A stretch of 64,000 nucleotides of DNA from an uncultured delta proteobacterium (GCA_963830715.1 CAWHNS010000021.1:211005-275004); one strand, 5' to 3'; positions 8,799 through 20,382 are shown, numbered from the stretch's first letter. Made by a program: numbers and translations. Notes: a model not told the origin generated them from the letters alone.

Positions 8799-9419
8799 CT
8801 ACCCCGGCTGGGGCCGCGATAGCGACGCGCGTCGCAGGTCAGCCGGCGTATCGAGGTCGAGTACGATCCCCGGGTCGTCAACGTCCAGGTATTCAACTCG
8901 GGCCGGGTCGGCATTTACCACCGCGCGGGCCCCCTCGCTGAGGGACGTATCGAGTAGCTCCCTGAAAACCGGACGCGCGAAGATCACCGGATGGCCCCGG
9001 CGGCCGCGATAGCGCGCGATCGTTATCGACTTGCCCGACCGCTCGTGGAGGCTCACCAGGGCCGCGAAGGTATCGGACCGGACCGCAGGATGGTCCACCA
9101 GATGGACCAGCGCGCCGCGAGCGCCGGCGCTGACTCTCGTCAGGCCGACTTGTAGCGAGGATAGCTGGCCGCGGGCATAATCCGGGTTCTCTGCGACCGT
9201 AATTCTCGGGTCGTCCGGGATCGCAGGTCGCACCCGGGCGGCGTGCGCACCCAACACGATCACCAGTCGCGGCGCCGAGTGGAGCATCAATTGGCTCAGA
9301 TGTTCGACAAATGTGCGGCCGCCGATTTTCAGCAACGGCTTCGGATATCCCATCCGGCGGGACTCTCCGGCCGCGAGCAAAATCCCCTCGACCTGGTGGA
9401 TCGCCGATGATTCCGGCAT
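8799..9419 (-). CDS. MobA/MocA-like nucleotidyltransferase (molybdenum cofactor cytidylyl/guanylyl-transferase family)
   Basis: GILLAAGESRRMGYPKPLL N-terminal motif. Adjacent to XdhC. Confidence 0.7.
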   Translation of the reverse strand: MPESSAIHQVEGILLAAGESRRMGYPKPLLKIGGRTFVEHLSQLMLHSAPRLVIVLGAHAARVRPAIPDDPRITVAENPDYARGQLSSLQVGLTRVSAGARGALVHLVDHPAVRSDTFAALVSLHERSGKSITIARYRGRRGHPVIFARPVFRELLDTSLSEGARAVVNADPARVEYLDVDDPGIVLDLDTPADLRRASLSRPQPG

Positions 9420-9431
9420 GACGCGGAATGT

Positions 9432-10580
9432 CTAGGACGACGGCTTCAGGCGGCCGAGCTTCACTCCCAGCGAAAGCTGGTCGCGCACGCCGAGGCGGCG
9501 TTCGCGCACGATCTCGGCGATAATTGCGATCGCGATCTCCTCCGGGGTTTCCGCGCCGATATCGAGGCCGAGCGGCGTGTGAACGCGGTCCAGCAGTTCC
9601 GCAGGGATTCCCTCCTGCCCAAGCCGCTCGAGGGTCGCCCTGGCGCGGCGGCGCGATCCGATCATTCCGACAAAACCGCACGGTTGTTTGAGCGCTGCGC
9701 GCAGCGCGCCTTCGTCGAACGCGTGGCCGCGCGTCACCGCGACGAGGTAGCAATAGGAGTCGAGCTTGAGGCCGTCGATCGCCGATGCGAACGGCTTGAC
9801 GATGATCTCGTCGGCGGTCGGGAAGCGGTCGCGATTGGCGAACGAGGCGCGGTCGTCGATTACCGTCACCTTCAATCCGGCGAGCTTGCCGAGAATCGCC
9901 AGCGGCTGCGCGATATGCCCGGCGCCGGCGATGATGAGACGCATCGCGCCCGCAACCGGATCGAGGAACAGCCGCGGCGCCCCATTCGGCTCGAAGCGCT
10001 TGACTGGTTTGAGACCGCCTGCGCCGTCGAGCTCGAAAAGTCCGGGCGAGGCCTGGCGCGTGCGCTCCGCGAGCTGTTCGAGCGCCGGCGCCGGAATCGC
10101 GATCGGTAGCGCGGGCGCCTCGGCGCCGATCAGCGCCCTCTTAACCACCCCGGCCGGCGCGCCTAGATTTGCGCCGGCCTCCACCACCGTCAGGAGGGCA
10201 GCGGGAATATTGCGTCCCGCCGCCTCGGCCAGCCTGTGCGCCATCGCCAGGTCCTGCGCCGGCGACCACAGATCGATGAACACGTCCATGATTCCGCCGC
10301 ACGTGCCGACTTCGTTCTGATCGAAATCGCCGGTCAGATCGACTTCGGCAATGCGCGCGCCGACGCCTTCTTGAAGTAATACTTCAGCTTTGCGGAAGAC
10401 CTCCGCCTCGCCGCATCCGCCGCCGATAGTCCCGAATTGCCCGTCCTCCCGCACCAGCATCTTCGCGCCGATTTCGCGCGGGGTCGAACCGCGCACGCTG
10501 ATCACGGTCGCCAGGGCGAAGCGCTTGCCGCGCTCCAGCGTGCGAACCGCCTCGGACCAGATTTGTTCCGCTCCCGGCAT
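9432..10580 (-). CDS. XdhC/CoxI family accessory protein
   Basis: N-terminal XdhC_CoxI block (ATVISVRGSTPREIGAKMLV ... GTIGGGCGE) and a C-terminal Rossmann block (IIAGAGHIAQPLA ... VTRGHAFD). ATG at 10580 is preferred over TTG at 10607. Confidence 0.8.
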   Translation of the reverse strand: MPGAEQIWSEAVRTLERGKRFALATVISVRGSTPREIGAKMLVREDGQFGTIGGGCGEAEVFRKAEVLLQEGVGARIAEVDLTGDFDQNEVGTCGGIMDVFIDLWSPAQDLAMAHRLAEAAGRNIPAALLTVVEAGANLGAPAGVVKRALIGAEAPALPIAIPAPALEQLAERTRQASPGLFELDGAGGLKPVKRFEPNGAPRLFLDPVAGAMRLIIAGAGHIAQPLAILGKLAGLKVTVIDDRASFANRDRFPTADEIIVKPFASAIDGLKLDSYCYLVAVTRGHAFDEGALRAALKQPCGFVGMIGSRRRARATLERLGQEGIPAELLDRVHTPLGLDIGAETPEEIAIAIIAEIVRERRLGVRDQLSLGVKLGRLKPSS

Positions 10581-10628
10581 CGATACTTCCCGCCTTGAAA
10601 CTATCAAAAGCCGGGCGGGCGAAAAACG

Positions 10629-10934
10629 TCACATGCCGAGCGTGTCGAGCAATTGCCCGGCGTGCAGGAAATCGCTCCGGGCCTCGCCGTAGTCCCCCGT
10701 CCTGAGCGCCTGCTCGCCCTTGCCGTCGTACTCCTGCGCTTCTAGGTATAACTTGCGCTTGTCCGGATCGACCACGCCGGCATCGCGCGCGTGCGCGACT
10801 CTCAGGCCGATCGTGCGTTCGAGCCGGACCAGGGCGCCGGGCGGCGGGTTGTCATTTGAACCAGCCGGCGGCGCGATCGTGAACATCGCCGAAAGGATCA
10901 CGCCCGCGACCGCGGCAAGCCGATTCGTAGCCAC
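10629..10934 (-). CDS. Hypothetical small secreted protein
   Basis: Signal-like N-terminus (LAAVAGVILSAMFTIA), GTG start, GC3-rich codons. No recognisable domain. Confidence 0.4.
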   Translation of the reverse strand: MATNRLAAVAGVILSAMFTIAPPAGSNDNPPPGALVRLERTIGLRVAHARDAGVVDPDKRKLYLEAQEYDGKGEQALRTGDYGEARSDFLHAGQLLDTLGM

Positions 10935-10997
10935 GGTATCGATCTTGTTGCAAACCGCCCCGAGAAGCCAGCGCCGCGGGCGATCGCGCAGCCGGCG

Positions 10998-12179
<1,182 letters not shown>

Positions 12180-12431
12180 CTTGCTATGCCACCTTTAGCG
12201 GTCCGATTATCCGCGCCCCCCCGCCCCTGCCCCGCTCCTGGAGCCCCGGCGCGCTTCTACGCGTCTCGCAGCAAGACACAGGCCATTGCAGGGGCGAGAC
12301 GGCACGCGCGGTGTAGCGCAACCGAAGCCGGAATAGTCCAAACCGCCCCCTCCAGCTGCGACAATTGCCTGTCGCGGATTCCCGCCGGATGACACACTTT
12401 AGTAGCGAAATAATACATTCAGGCGGATAAC

Positions 12432-12887
12432 CTACTCCTCCTGCGCCTCCAGCAAATCGGCAAGCACCCGCGCGGCGTGATCGCGCGGGTCGACCTGATC
12501 GTAAACGCGCGCGATACGGCCGTCGGCGCCGATCAGGAAGCTGACCCGATCCGCCCGCGCGGCTTTCGGCCCCTCGCAGGCGCCGTACGCGAGCGCCACG
12601 GCGCGATCGGTATCGCTGAGCAGCCGAAAAGAAAAGTTGAATTTGCGCGCGAAGGCGGCGTTGGCCGCCGGCTGGTCAAAACTCACGCCGGCCACCACGA
12701 TGCCGGCGGCGTCGAAGTATTCCTGATGGTCGCGGAAGCCACGCCCCTCCAGCGAGCATCCCGGCGTATCCGCCTCGGGAAAAAACCACAGCAGCACGCT
12801 TTGCCCGCGCATCGCGGCGAGTGCGAAGCTGCCGCCGTCGTGAGCCGGCAGCACGAACTCCGGGGCCTTGTCACCCGCCTTCAGCAT
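12432..12887 (-). CDS. bcp: Peroxiredoxin, Bcp type
   Basis: FFPEADTPGCSLEG active-site motif. 151 aa. Confidence 0.85.
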   Translation of the reverse strand: MLKAGDKAPEFVLPAHDGGSFALAAMRGQSVLLWFFPEADTPGCSLEGRGFRDHQEYFDAAGIVVAGVSFDQPAANAAFARKFNFSFRLLSDTDRAVALAYGACEGPKAARADRVSFLIGADGRIARVYDQVDPRDHAARVLADLLEAQEE

Positions 12888-13021
12888 CTCCCTCCCGATC
12901 CCGCGGCCGGCCTGATATCGGCTTCCAGGCCGCAGGCGCGCAGCGCCAGTCCGGGCCGCGTCCGCCCGGAGCGGCGGCCGGCACTTGCTTCGATATACAC
13001 ATTGACATAAAAGATTACAAG

Positions 13022-14032
13022 ATGGCTATCAGCGCGACAGCTTGGGATTGGGCCGGCAGCGGGACTCCGGGCATGGCGGACCACGCAGAGCGCACGGACC
13101 GCGCGGCACCGGATAATCCCGATAGCGGCGGCGAAGCCGCCGCGCCTTGCGCCTCCATCCAGCCGCTTCACTCCAATGGCGCCGCCAAGCTGCAATCGGC
13201 GCCGTTGCCGGAACCCTCGTGCTCGTCGCTTGCAGCCGAGCCTGACAGCCCCGATGAAGCGATCATAGCGCGGCTGCTTGCCGGGCTGAACCTGCCGCCG
13301 AGGTCGATTCCGGGCGAGTTCGAGCATCCGCTCGCCGACCTGCGCACGGTAATCTCGACCGACTACCGCGAGGCGCCGGGCTTTCCATCGACCGAGCTGG
13401 CCCATGAGCTGCTGAGGGTGGTGGAGAACCTGATCAAGCCCTACGGCTACATCTGGCGATGCTGGCAGGATCGGCAGAACCTGCATCAGCTCAAGCGGGT
13501 TTTCAAATGGGGCGACGTGGTCGTGAACGCGCAACCCTACGTGCAGAACACCGGGCTTTCGCTGTGGGGATTCTCGTGCGAGACCAAGGTCGAGGACCGC
13601 AGCAAGTTCGTGATTTTTCTCAATACCGCACATGAGCCTGGCGCCGTCGCGGCCACCATCGGGCACGAGCTCGGCCACTACGTCTACAACAGCATCGGGG
13701 CCGGCGGGTGCGGCGGCGAGGCCGCGATGGGCAACATATTCGCGCAGCACCTGGCCCAGGAGCAGGAGCTGTTTTCCGACGCGGTCGTGGCGCTCTCGGC
13801 CTACAGCTATCCCGACGTAAGAGAGATTGTCGGGCGCAAAGGGGAAGCCTGCGGCCGCACCGACCCCGGCTTGATCGCGCAACTCCACGCCGCCGCCTCG
13901 GCAATCGATCCGCAGTACCGCATCGATCTGAGCCGCAGCGGGCTGACGGCTTCATGGCGCATCCGATACCTCACCCTGATGATCCACTTCTTCAAGTTGC
14001 GCTGCGCGCTGCTCAACGCCGCCGGCATCTGA
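13022..14032 (+). CDS. ImmA/IrrE-like (HExxH) putative metallopeptidase with a low-complexity N-terminal half
   Basis: HELGHYVYN zinc motif in a DUF955/M78-like context. ATG at 13022 is preferred because the ORF-track N-terminus is Arg/Pro junk overlapping bcp. Confidence 0.5.
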   Translation: MAISATAWDWAGSGTPGMADHAERTDRAAPDNPDSGGEAAAPCASIQPLHSNGAAKLQSAPLPEPSCSSLAAEPDSPDEAIIARLLAGLNLPPRSIPGEFEHPLADLRTVISTDYREAPGFPSTELAHELLRVVENLIKPYGYIWRCWQDRQNLHQLKRVFKWGDVVVNAQPYVQNTGLSLWGFSCETKVEDRSKFVIFLNTAHEPGAVAATIGHELGHYVYNSIGAGGCGGEAAMGNIFAQHLAQEQELFSDAVVALSAYSYPDVREIVGRKGEACGRTDPGLIAQLHAAASAIDPQYRIDLSRSGLTASWRIRYLTLMIHFFKLRCALLNAAGI

Positions 14033-14071
14033 CCCCGGCCGGCCCGGCGCCGGCTGCGACGGGACACTCCG

Positions 14072-15008
14072 CTACTGGCTGAGGGTGCGCAGGATCTGGA
14101 TGACCGCCGGGCCCACGATCACGATCATCATCGCGGGCAGCACGAACAGCACCAGCGGGAACAGGATCTTGACGGTGGTCTTCTGCGCCTGCTCCTCGGC
14201 CCGCAGCCAGCGGCCTGGCGCGCAGGGCTTCCGAACTGGCCCGCAGCGCCGGAGCGATTTGCGCTCCCATCTGCTCGCTCTGAATCAGCATCGCGGCCAG
14301 CGGTTTGATCTCCTCGACCGCGGTGCGATCGGCGAAGGCGCGCAACGCCACTCCCAGCGAGCTGCCCGCCGCCATCTCGCCGGAGACCTCCGCCAGTTCG
14401 CGGCCGATCACCGCGCCCTGGCGACCGACCTCGGTGCCGACCACCCTGATAGCCTCGTGCAGGCCGAGGCCCGCCTCGACGCACACCACCAGCAAATCCA
14501 TCACGTCGGACAGCTCGCGGGCCATGGCCCGCTGCCGCTTGCGCGCGCGGCTACCGACATAGTAGTCGGGAGCGATCGCGCCCGCGGCCCCACCTCCCGC
14601 GATCCACAGCAGGAATGATGTCGATGGCATGCTCAACAGCAACGCCGCGATTCCCCCGACCAGCGCGAGACCTGTCCCGCAGCCCAGCCGAAGCAACTGG
14701 AGGGTCCGGACCGCGCTGGATCGCCGATACCCGGCCTGCATCAGGGTACGGACCGTCTTTCCGACCCTGGGAGTCCCCAGCTTGGGGCTGGGAATCCGCT
14801 TGGTCGCCCACAGCAAAAGCCTACGGCCCATTCGATGCGATTCGCCGGGGCGAAGGTCGAACATTCTGCGCGAGACTCGCGCCTCGGTCGCCAGGTCGTC
14901 AATCCGCTCCTTGAGCGCGCGCTTGTTGGTGGAAACCGCGAGGTAGACGGCTAACGCTGCGGTCCCGACCAGAACGTAGATACTCACTACTATGAACAAC
15001 GATGGCAT
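14072..15008 (-). CDS. tadC: Tad pilus inner-membrane platform protein TadC (T2SS-F family), apparent frameshift near 14200-14222
   Basis: T2SSF core, with the canonical C-terminus [42 protein letters not shown] found by hand in a different frame from the ORF-track tail. The span is 937 nt (3n+1). Confidence 0.8.
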
Positions 15009-15009
15009 A

Positions 15010-15964
15010 TCAGTAGTCCACTCTGAGCAGGTGGCGGATAGTGAACAGCGCCATGATATCCAGGACCACGGCGCTCTCGAGCATTTTTTTTCCGAGCGGA
15101 TCGTGGATGAGATCGTGTGCGTAGCCCGGCTGCACGATGCTGAACGCGACCAGCACGAAGACCGGCAGCAGGCCGACGATTATTCCGCTCATGCGCGACT
15201 GCGCGGTGAGGCCTCTGATCTGGGACTGGATTCGCTGCCGGGCCCTCATGACTTCCGAGAGCTGGCTGACCAGCTGGGACAGGCTGCTTCCGACTTCGGC
15301 CTGGATCTTGATTGCGACCACCAGCAGCCTGAGATCCTCCTGCGGCACCCGCCTGATCATCTCCTCGAAAGCGAGCGCCAGCGGCAGGCCGAGACTGGTC
15401 TGCTCGAGCGCGGTCGCGAACTCGCCGGCAATCGGATCATCGAGTTCCTTGACGACGACCTGGAGGCCTCGTTGGAGCGAATGACCAGCCTCCAGCAAGG
15501 ATTTGATCAGGTCGAGCGCGTAGGGGCAGTTGAGCGGCGAATTTCCTGAGACGGCGCCGCCGCAGCAGGCGTATGTAAGGCACCGGCAATATGGCCGCGC
15601 CCAGGCCGCAGGCAAGCGCCAGCGGCCATGAGTCGAACAAGGTGTCCGCGACGACCTCCGCGATCCCGAACAGCATCACCATCACCAGCAGCATCTCCGA
15701 AACGCGAATGTAAACCCCGGCCTGCCACATGTTCTGCTCGAACCATCGCGTTAAGTCGATCTTTTCCAGTATGCTGCCTTCAAGGCTTGCCGCCTCGGCC
15801 TGGCGTTTGCGCGCCGAGGAATGGTGCTCCGGCTCGCCCGGCTTTGACTTCAGACGCTCCAGCGCTTTGTCAACCCGGCCGCCGCGCGAGACCCGCGCCG
15901 CGATTACCGCGGCGACTGCGATGAGCGCCAGCGACAGGAACTCCTTGACGGCGGTCGAGTCCAT
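15010..15964 (-). CDS. tadB: Tad pilus inner-membrane platform protein TadB (T2SS-F family), apparent frameshift at the G4 run 15523-15526
   Basis: The N-terminal part ends ...RKFAAQLP and the next frame continues [20 protein letters not shown]. Removing one C from CCCC (minus strand) restores QLPYALDL. The span is 955 nt (3n+1). Confidence 0.8.
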
Positions 15965-15967
15965 CGC

Positions 15968-17337
15968 TCAGGCCCCGCTCCGGTAAAGCCGCGGGTCGAT
16001 CCCATAACCCGCGGCTTCGATCCTGGCCGCGTATGCGGACCGAATTCCGGTCGAGCGAAAGTTGCCCAGGACCTTGCCGGTGGGGCTGGTGCTCGACCTG
16101 GACGAACTCGAACAGGTCCTGCATCATCACCACTTCGCCCTCCATCCCGGTGATCTCCGAGATCTTCGTCACCTTGCGCGAACCGTCGGACAAGCGGCTG
16201 AGATGCACGATGACGTTGACCGACGGACGAGATCTGCTGGCGCATCGCGCGCTGGGGAATCGCGTAACCGGACAGCAGCATCATCATTTCGAGCCGTGAC
16301 AGGCATTCCCGCGTGCTGTTGGCGTGGACTGTGCAAATCGAGCCGTCGTGACCGGTGGACATGGCCTGCAACATATCGATCACTTCGGCGCTGCGGACCT
16401 CGCCGACAATGATGCGGTCGGGGCGCATTCGCAGGCAGTTCCTCACCAGGTCGCGCTGGGTGACCTCGCCCTTGCCCTCCAGGTTGGGCGGCCGGGTCTC
16501 GAGCCGCACCACGTGGGGCTGCTGGAGCAGCAGCTCGGCCGAATCCTCGATAGTGACGATCCGCTCGTTCTCCGGAATGAAGCCCGAGAGGCAGTTGAGC
16601 AGGGTGGTCTTTCCGGAACCGGTGCCGCCGCAGACCATCACGTTGAGTCTCGACTTGGTGATCGCGGACAGGACTTCGGCCATCTGGGAAGTGAGCGTGT
16701 CTCTCGCGATCAAATCCTCGATTCGATAGCGATGGGTCCCGAAGCGGCGGATCGACAGCGACGGTCCGTCCAGCGCGAGCGGCGGTATTATCGCGTTGAC
16801 GCGCGACCCGTCCGGCAACCGCGCATCCACCATCGGCGAGGACTCATCGACCCGCCTTCCCACCCGCGACACGATGCGGTCGATGATCAGCATCAGGTGC
16901 TGGTCGTCCTGAAAGACGATCTCGGTCTTCTGCAGCCTGCCCTTTCGTTCCACGTAAACCTGGCCGGGGCCATTGACCAGGATGTCGGTGATGTCGTCGT
17001 CGCAGAGCAGCGGTTCGAGCGGGCCGAGACCCAGCAGTTCGTTCTTGATCTCGTCGATCAGGCGGGCGCGATCCGCGTCGGTCAGGAGCCTTTGCTCTTC
17101 TTTGAGGAGGTCCCCGATGGCGGCAGTGACCTTTGCCGACACGGCGGCCGAATCGACGCTCTGCAGCTGAGCCAGGTCGAGGACCTCGAACAGCTTGGAG
17201 TGCGCCTTGAGCTTGAGCTGGCGAAAGCCGTCGGCGGCGCCGTCCTTCGCCCTTCGCGACGGCGGTGCGGCGATATTTCCCGGAGCCGGCTGGGCGGAGC
17301 GCGGACGGTTGTTGGAAAGGCGATCGAGCAGCTTCAT
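15968..17337 (-). CDS. tadA: Tad pilus ATPase CpaF/TadA, two apparent frameshifts (about 16214-16228 and 16078-16095)
   Basis: Walker [13 protein letters not shown] and [12 protein letters not shown]. It continues in a second frame as [36 protein letters not shown], then in a third frame as [39 protein letters not shown]. The span is 1370 nt (3n+2). Confidence 0.9.
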
Positions 17338-17347
17338 CGATCAAATC

Positions 17348-18592
17348 TCAGTTGCGCGAGATCGCGCCGAGCAGGCGTTCCACGATTCCGCCCCTGCGCG
17401 CCGGAGCCTCTCCGGGGGCGGTTGCCAGCCTCGCGGCGAGCTCCTCGAAGCTGTGGACCAGCGGCGAGCGCGGCGCCACCTGCCACAGGTCGCGCGCGCC
17501 CCACTGAACGCGCTCGAGGTTCTTGTCGTCGCGCGGAATCTGCGCGTAGAGCGAGTGCAGCAGGGTCTGTGAAATCTGCTCGGCGCTGATCGGATGACTG
17601 GCGGTGAACGAGTTGAGGATGAATTCCGGCTCGACCTTGACTTTCAGCCGGCGGAACAAGTCGACAAAGCGCAACGCACAACGCATCGATCCGAGCGACT
17701 GGGTGAGCACGTAAAGCAGATTGTCCGAGCGCTCCCACGCCGCCAGCGAGACCTCGTTCATGCAGCGCCCGCAGTCAACGACCACGTAGTCGAACAGTTG
17801 GCGCATCAACTCCAGCACCGGCGCAAAGATCGCATCGGTGACCAGTTCGCTGTCCTCGATCCGCGTGGGCGCCGCAAGCAGGTAAATCCCCGAGGGATGC
17901 TTGCTGAGCGCGAGTTCGAGCTGGATCGAGTCGAGCTTCTTGGCCGGATCGGTCAGATCGGCGATGGTATGCTGCGGCTCGAGGTTGAGAAAAAGGCCGA
18001 GTCCCCCTTCTTGCAGATCCAGGTCAACCGCAGCCACCCGCTTGTCGAGCGAGTGGCGCAGCGCAAGCGCGAGATTGGCCGCAACCGTGCTGACCCCGAC
18101 GCCACCCACTGTGCTGGTGATCGAGCAGACCACGCCGCGGCCGCCGCGCTCACTGCGCCATCGGGTCTCGCTTACTTTGAGCAGGGCGCGAGTCGTCTCT
18201 GCCCCATTCAGGGGCAGAAACAGCACCTCGTCGGCCCCCGCTCGCAGCACCCGCCTCATAAGCCCTGGCGAGCGGTCCGGCAGCAGCGCGAACAATGCCG
18301 GCCTGGGAGAATGCGCCGCGCGGCTGCGCAGGCGAGCCAGCGGAGGTTCCTCGTCCGCATCGCCGAAGACCACCATCTCGACGTCCGCAGGCGGTCCGCC
18401 GTTGCTCTGATCGTTGAATCCCGGTTCGGCGTCGAGGATCTCCAGCGGCGGGTCCAGCAACGCGGCCAACGCGGCCTTGAGTTCGACGCGCCGATCGGCC
18501 TGAGCGACCACCAGCAGCGCGCGGAGCGGGTTGCGCTGTCCGATTTCCGTCCACGATGCTGGTTTTGTCACTGCTTCTATGGGAGCGGCCAT
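17348..18592 (-). CDS. tadZ: CpaE/TadZ-like pilus localisation protein (REC-like N-terminal domain plus MinD/ParA-like domain)
   Basis: ParA/MinD-fold core with a degenerate P-loop, STVGGVGVST, in which both lysines of KGGxGK[ST]T are replaced. ATG at 18592. Confidence 0.8.
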   Translation of the reverse strand: MAAPIEAVTKPASWTEIGQRNPLRALLVVAQADRRVELKAALAALLDPPLEILDAEPGFNDQSNGGPPADVEMVVFGDADEEPPLARLRSRAAHSPRPALFALLPDRSPGLMRRVLRAGADEVLFLPLNGAETTRALLKVSETRWRSERGGRGVVCSITSTVGGVGVSTVAANLALALRHSLDKRVAAVDLDLQEGGLGLFLNLEPQHTIADLTDPAKKLDSIQLELALSKHPSGIYLLAAPTRIEDSELVTDAIFAPVLELMRQLFDYVVVDCGRCMNEVSLAAWERSDNLLYVLTQSLGSMRCALRFVDLFRRLKVKVEPEFILNSFTASHPISAEQISQTLLHSLYAQIPRDDKNLERVQWGARDLWQVAPRSPLVHSFEELAARLATAPGEAPARRGGIVERLLGAISRN

Positions 18593-18696
18593 CAATGCCG
18601 GTCCGACTCTTGCGCATCAACTCGACCATTCCGGCGTGTTATGGAAAGTGTCCCGCCGGTCGCCTTTGGCATGCGCGCCGACAACCTGGGACCCCG

Positions 18697-20382
18697 CTAG
18701 AATCGCGGCCGACTCGCGTCGGGCGGATTCACCGGTGCGGTGCGCAGTTCTTCGCGCGTCATCGGGCCGCTGGCCGGATACTCCACCTGCCCGCCGTCAG
18801 GGATCGGGCTCACGATCTTCGGCGTCACGGTCATCACGAGTTCGGTCTTCTGGTCCTGGTAGGTGGTATGCCGGAAAAGACTCCCCGCGAACGGGATGTC
18901 GCCGAGATAGGGAACCTTGTCCACCGCGCTGCTGCGATCGCGGAGGATGAGTCCCGCGATGATCAGCGTCTGTTGGTCTTTCATTCGAACCACGGTCTCG
19001 GCGCGTTGCGTTATAAAGGCCGGAACCACAAAGCCGAGCAGTTGGACTCCCTCCGTGAAGTCCGGCTTGGAGACCTCGGGTTTCACCACCAGCTCGATCT
19101 CGTTTTTCCCGATCACGGTCGGCACGAATATCACCGAGGTCCCGAACTGCTTGAACACGATGCTGGTATTCAGGGCTTGCGCGATGATGATCGGGATTTC
19201 GCCGCCGGACAGGAACTTCGCTTCCTCTCCCGAACTGGCCACCAGTTGCGGCTGCGCGAGTACCCGGGCCAGCGAATTGCTCTCCAGGAAATTCAGGAAA
19301 GATTGGGTCTGGAAGCTGGAGCTGCCGGCCGCCAATCCGTAAACCAGGTTGCTGGAGAGCAGCAAGGGAATCAGGCTCCCGGCCTGCGGAAGGATGCCGC
19401 CGGTGGTGTTGGTGCCGCTTCCGTTGAGAACGCTGGTCGGGCTGTAAGGAGAAGCGACGGAGCCTGGCAGGCCCACCAGCGACACGCCATGATTGGCGAG
19501 GGTCGCGGACAGGTCGATGCCCTGCGCTTCCATCCGTGTGCGATCGAGCTCCGCCACCATCACATCCAGCATCACCTGCTGGCGTCCGCCTTGCTCGACC
19601 CGCACCTGGCAATCCTGGTAATCGCCCTGATCGTCCCACACTGCGAGCGTGGTGAAGCCGGGCTTGTGTCCAATCAACATCAGTTGATGGGGATCCATCA
19701 CCTGGACGTCGGCGATCTCGCTGTCCGCGATCGCGATCCGCTTGATCCGTCCTGGAAAATTGAAGACCCGCGAGGTCCCAAAGCTCAGCGATACGGTGTC
19801 CTCGGGCAGGTTGTCGGGACGATGGTGCGAAGGCTCCCCGTCGCGCGTTTCGATCGCAGGCGGATCGGTGGTGAATGTCTGTGCGGCCCCCTGGGCCGGA
19901 CTCACCGGCCCGCTGCCGCGATCGAACGGATCGCTCACGGCCGTCGGAGCGGCTCCGGGATTCAGCGGATGGTCCGGGTCGCTGAGCGCGCGAACGGTGA
20001 AAGTATAGGTCTCGGGATGCCCCTGCGAGATCACGCGGACCGATTGCACGCCCGGATCGGCGCCAAGCACCAGCACCGAGCCGTCCGCCTGTTGGTTCAC
20101 GATCAAGGCATGAGGATTCCTGACCGTGCGGACTTCGGGCAGGCTTGCGGAATCAGCCCCGGTGATCAGATATGTTTCGCCGCGGTTGATGACGATCGAT
20201 TTTTCGGTCGGGACTTCGCCTGCCTGTGCGCGCGCGCAAGCAATCCGGAAAATCACGAGCGCGATCAGCGCAAGTATCGCGGCGGCGTGGCCGCCTGACG
20301 CTTTGCCCCTCGGCGCGGCCCTGCGCGCGGCGCCCGCTTTCATGGAACGGCTTTCCTTTTCGATTTTCAAAGACCGCCTCAT
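18697..20382 (-). CDS. cpaC: Tad pilus secretin CpaC/RcpA
   Basis: Signal peptide, pilus-assembly N-domain and the secretin C-domain motif (VPYLGDIPFAGSLFRHT...ELVMTVTPKIV). The ATG is in an ATGA overlap with the cpaB stop. Confidence 0.85.
   Translation of the reverse strand: MRRSLKIEKESRSMKAGAARRAAPRGKASGGHAAAILALIALVIFRIACARAQAGEVPTEKSIVINRGETYLITGADSASLPEVRTVRNPHALIVNQQADGSVLVLGADPGVQSVRVISQGHPETYTFTVRALSDPDHPLNPGAAPTAVSDPFDRGSGPVSPAQGAAQTFTTDPPAIETRDGEPSHHRPDNLPEDTVSLSFGTSRVFNFPGRIKRIAIADSEIADVQVMDPHQLMLIGHKPGFTTLAVWDDQGDYQDCQVRVEQGGRQQVMLDVMVAELDRTRMEAQGIDLSATLANHGVSLVGLPGSVASPYSPTSVLNGSGTNTTGGILPQAGSLIPLLLSSNLVYGLAAGSSSFQTQSFLNFLESNSLARVLAQPQLVASSGEEAKFLSGGEIPIIIAQALNTSIVFKQFGTSVIFVPTVIGKNEIELVVKPEVSKPDFTEGVQLLGFVVPAFITQRAETVVRMKDQQTLIIAGLILRDRSSAVDKVPYLGDIPFAGSLFRHTTYQDQKTELVMTVTPKIVSPIPDGGQVEYPASGPMTREELRTAPVNPPDASRPRF

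Noticed and set aside
8893-9753. 286-aa minus-strand ORF overlapping mocA/xdhC in another frame
   Set aside because: The composition is Arg/Pro-rich junk, and the MocA and XdhC frames carry clear family motifs.
14013-14071. ORF-track 3' extension of tadC (...[20 protein letters not shown]...)
   Set aside because: It is out-of-frame read-through after the indel. The canonical TadC C-terminus and its stop (14072-14074) lie in the adjacent frame.
16324-20298. Long plus-strand ORFs (16324-17589, 17594-18700, 18556-20298) across the Tad locus
   Set aside because: They are antisense to tadA, tadZ and the secretin, all of which have unambiguous family signatures. Their composition is low-complexity and Arg-rich.
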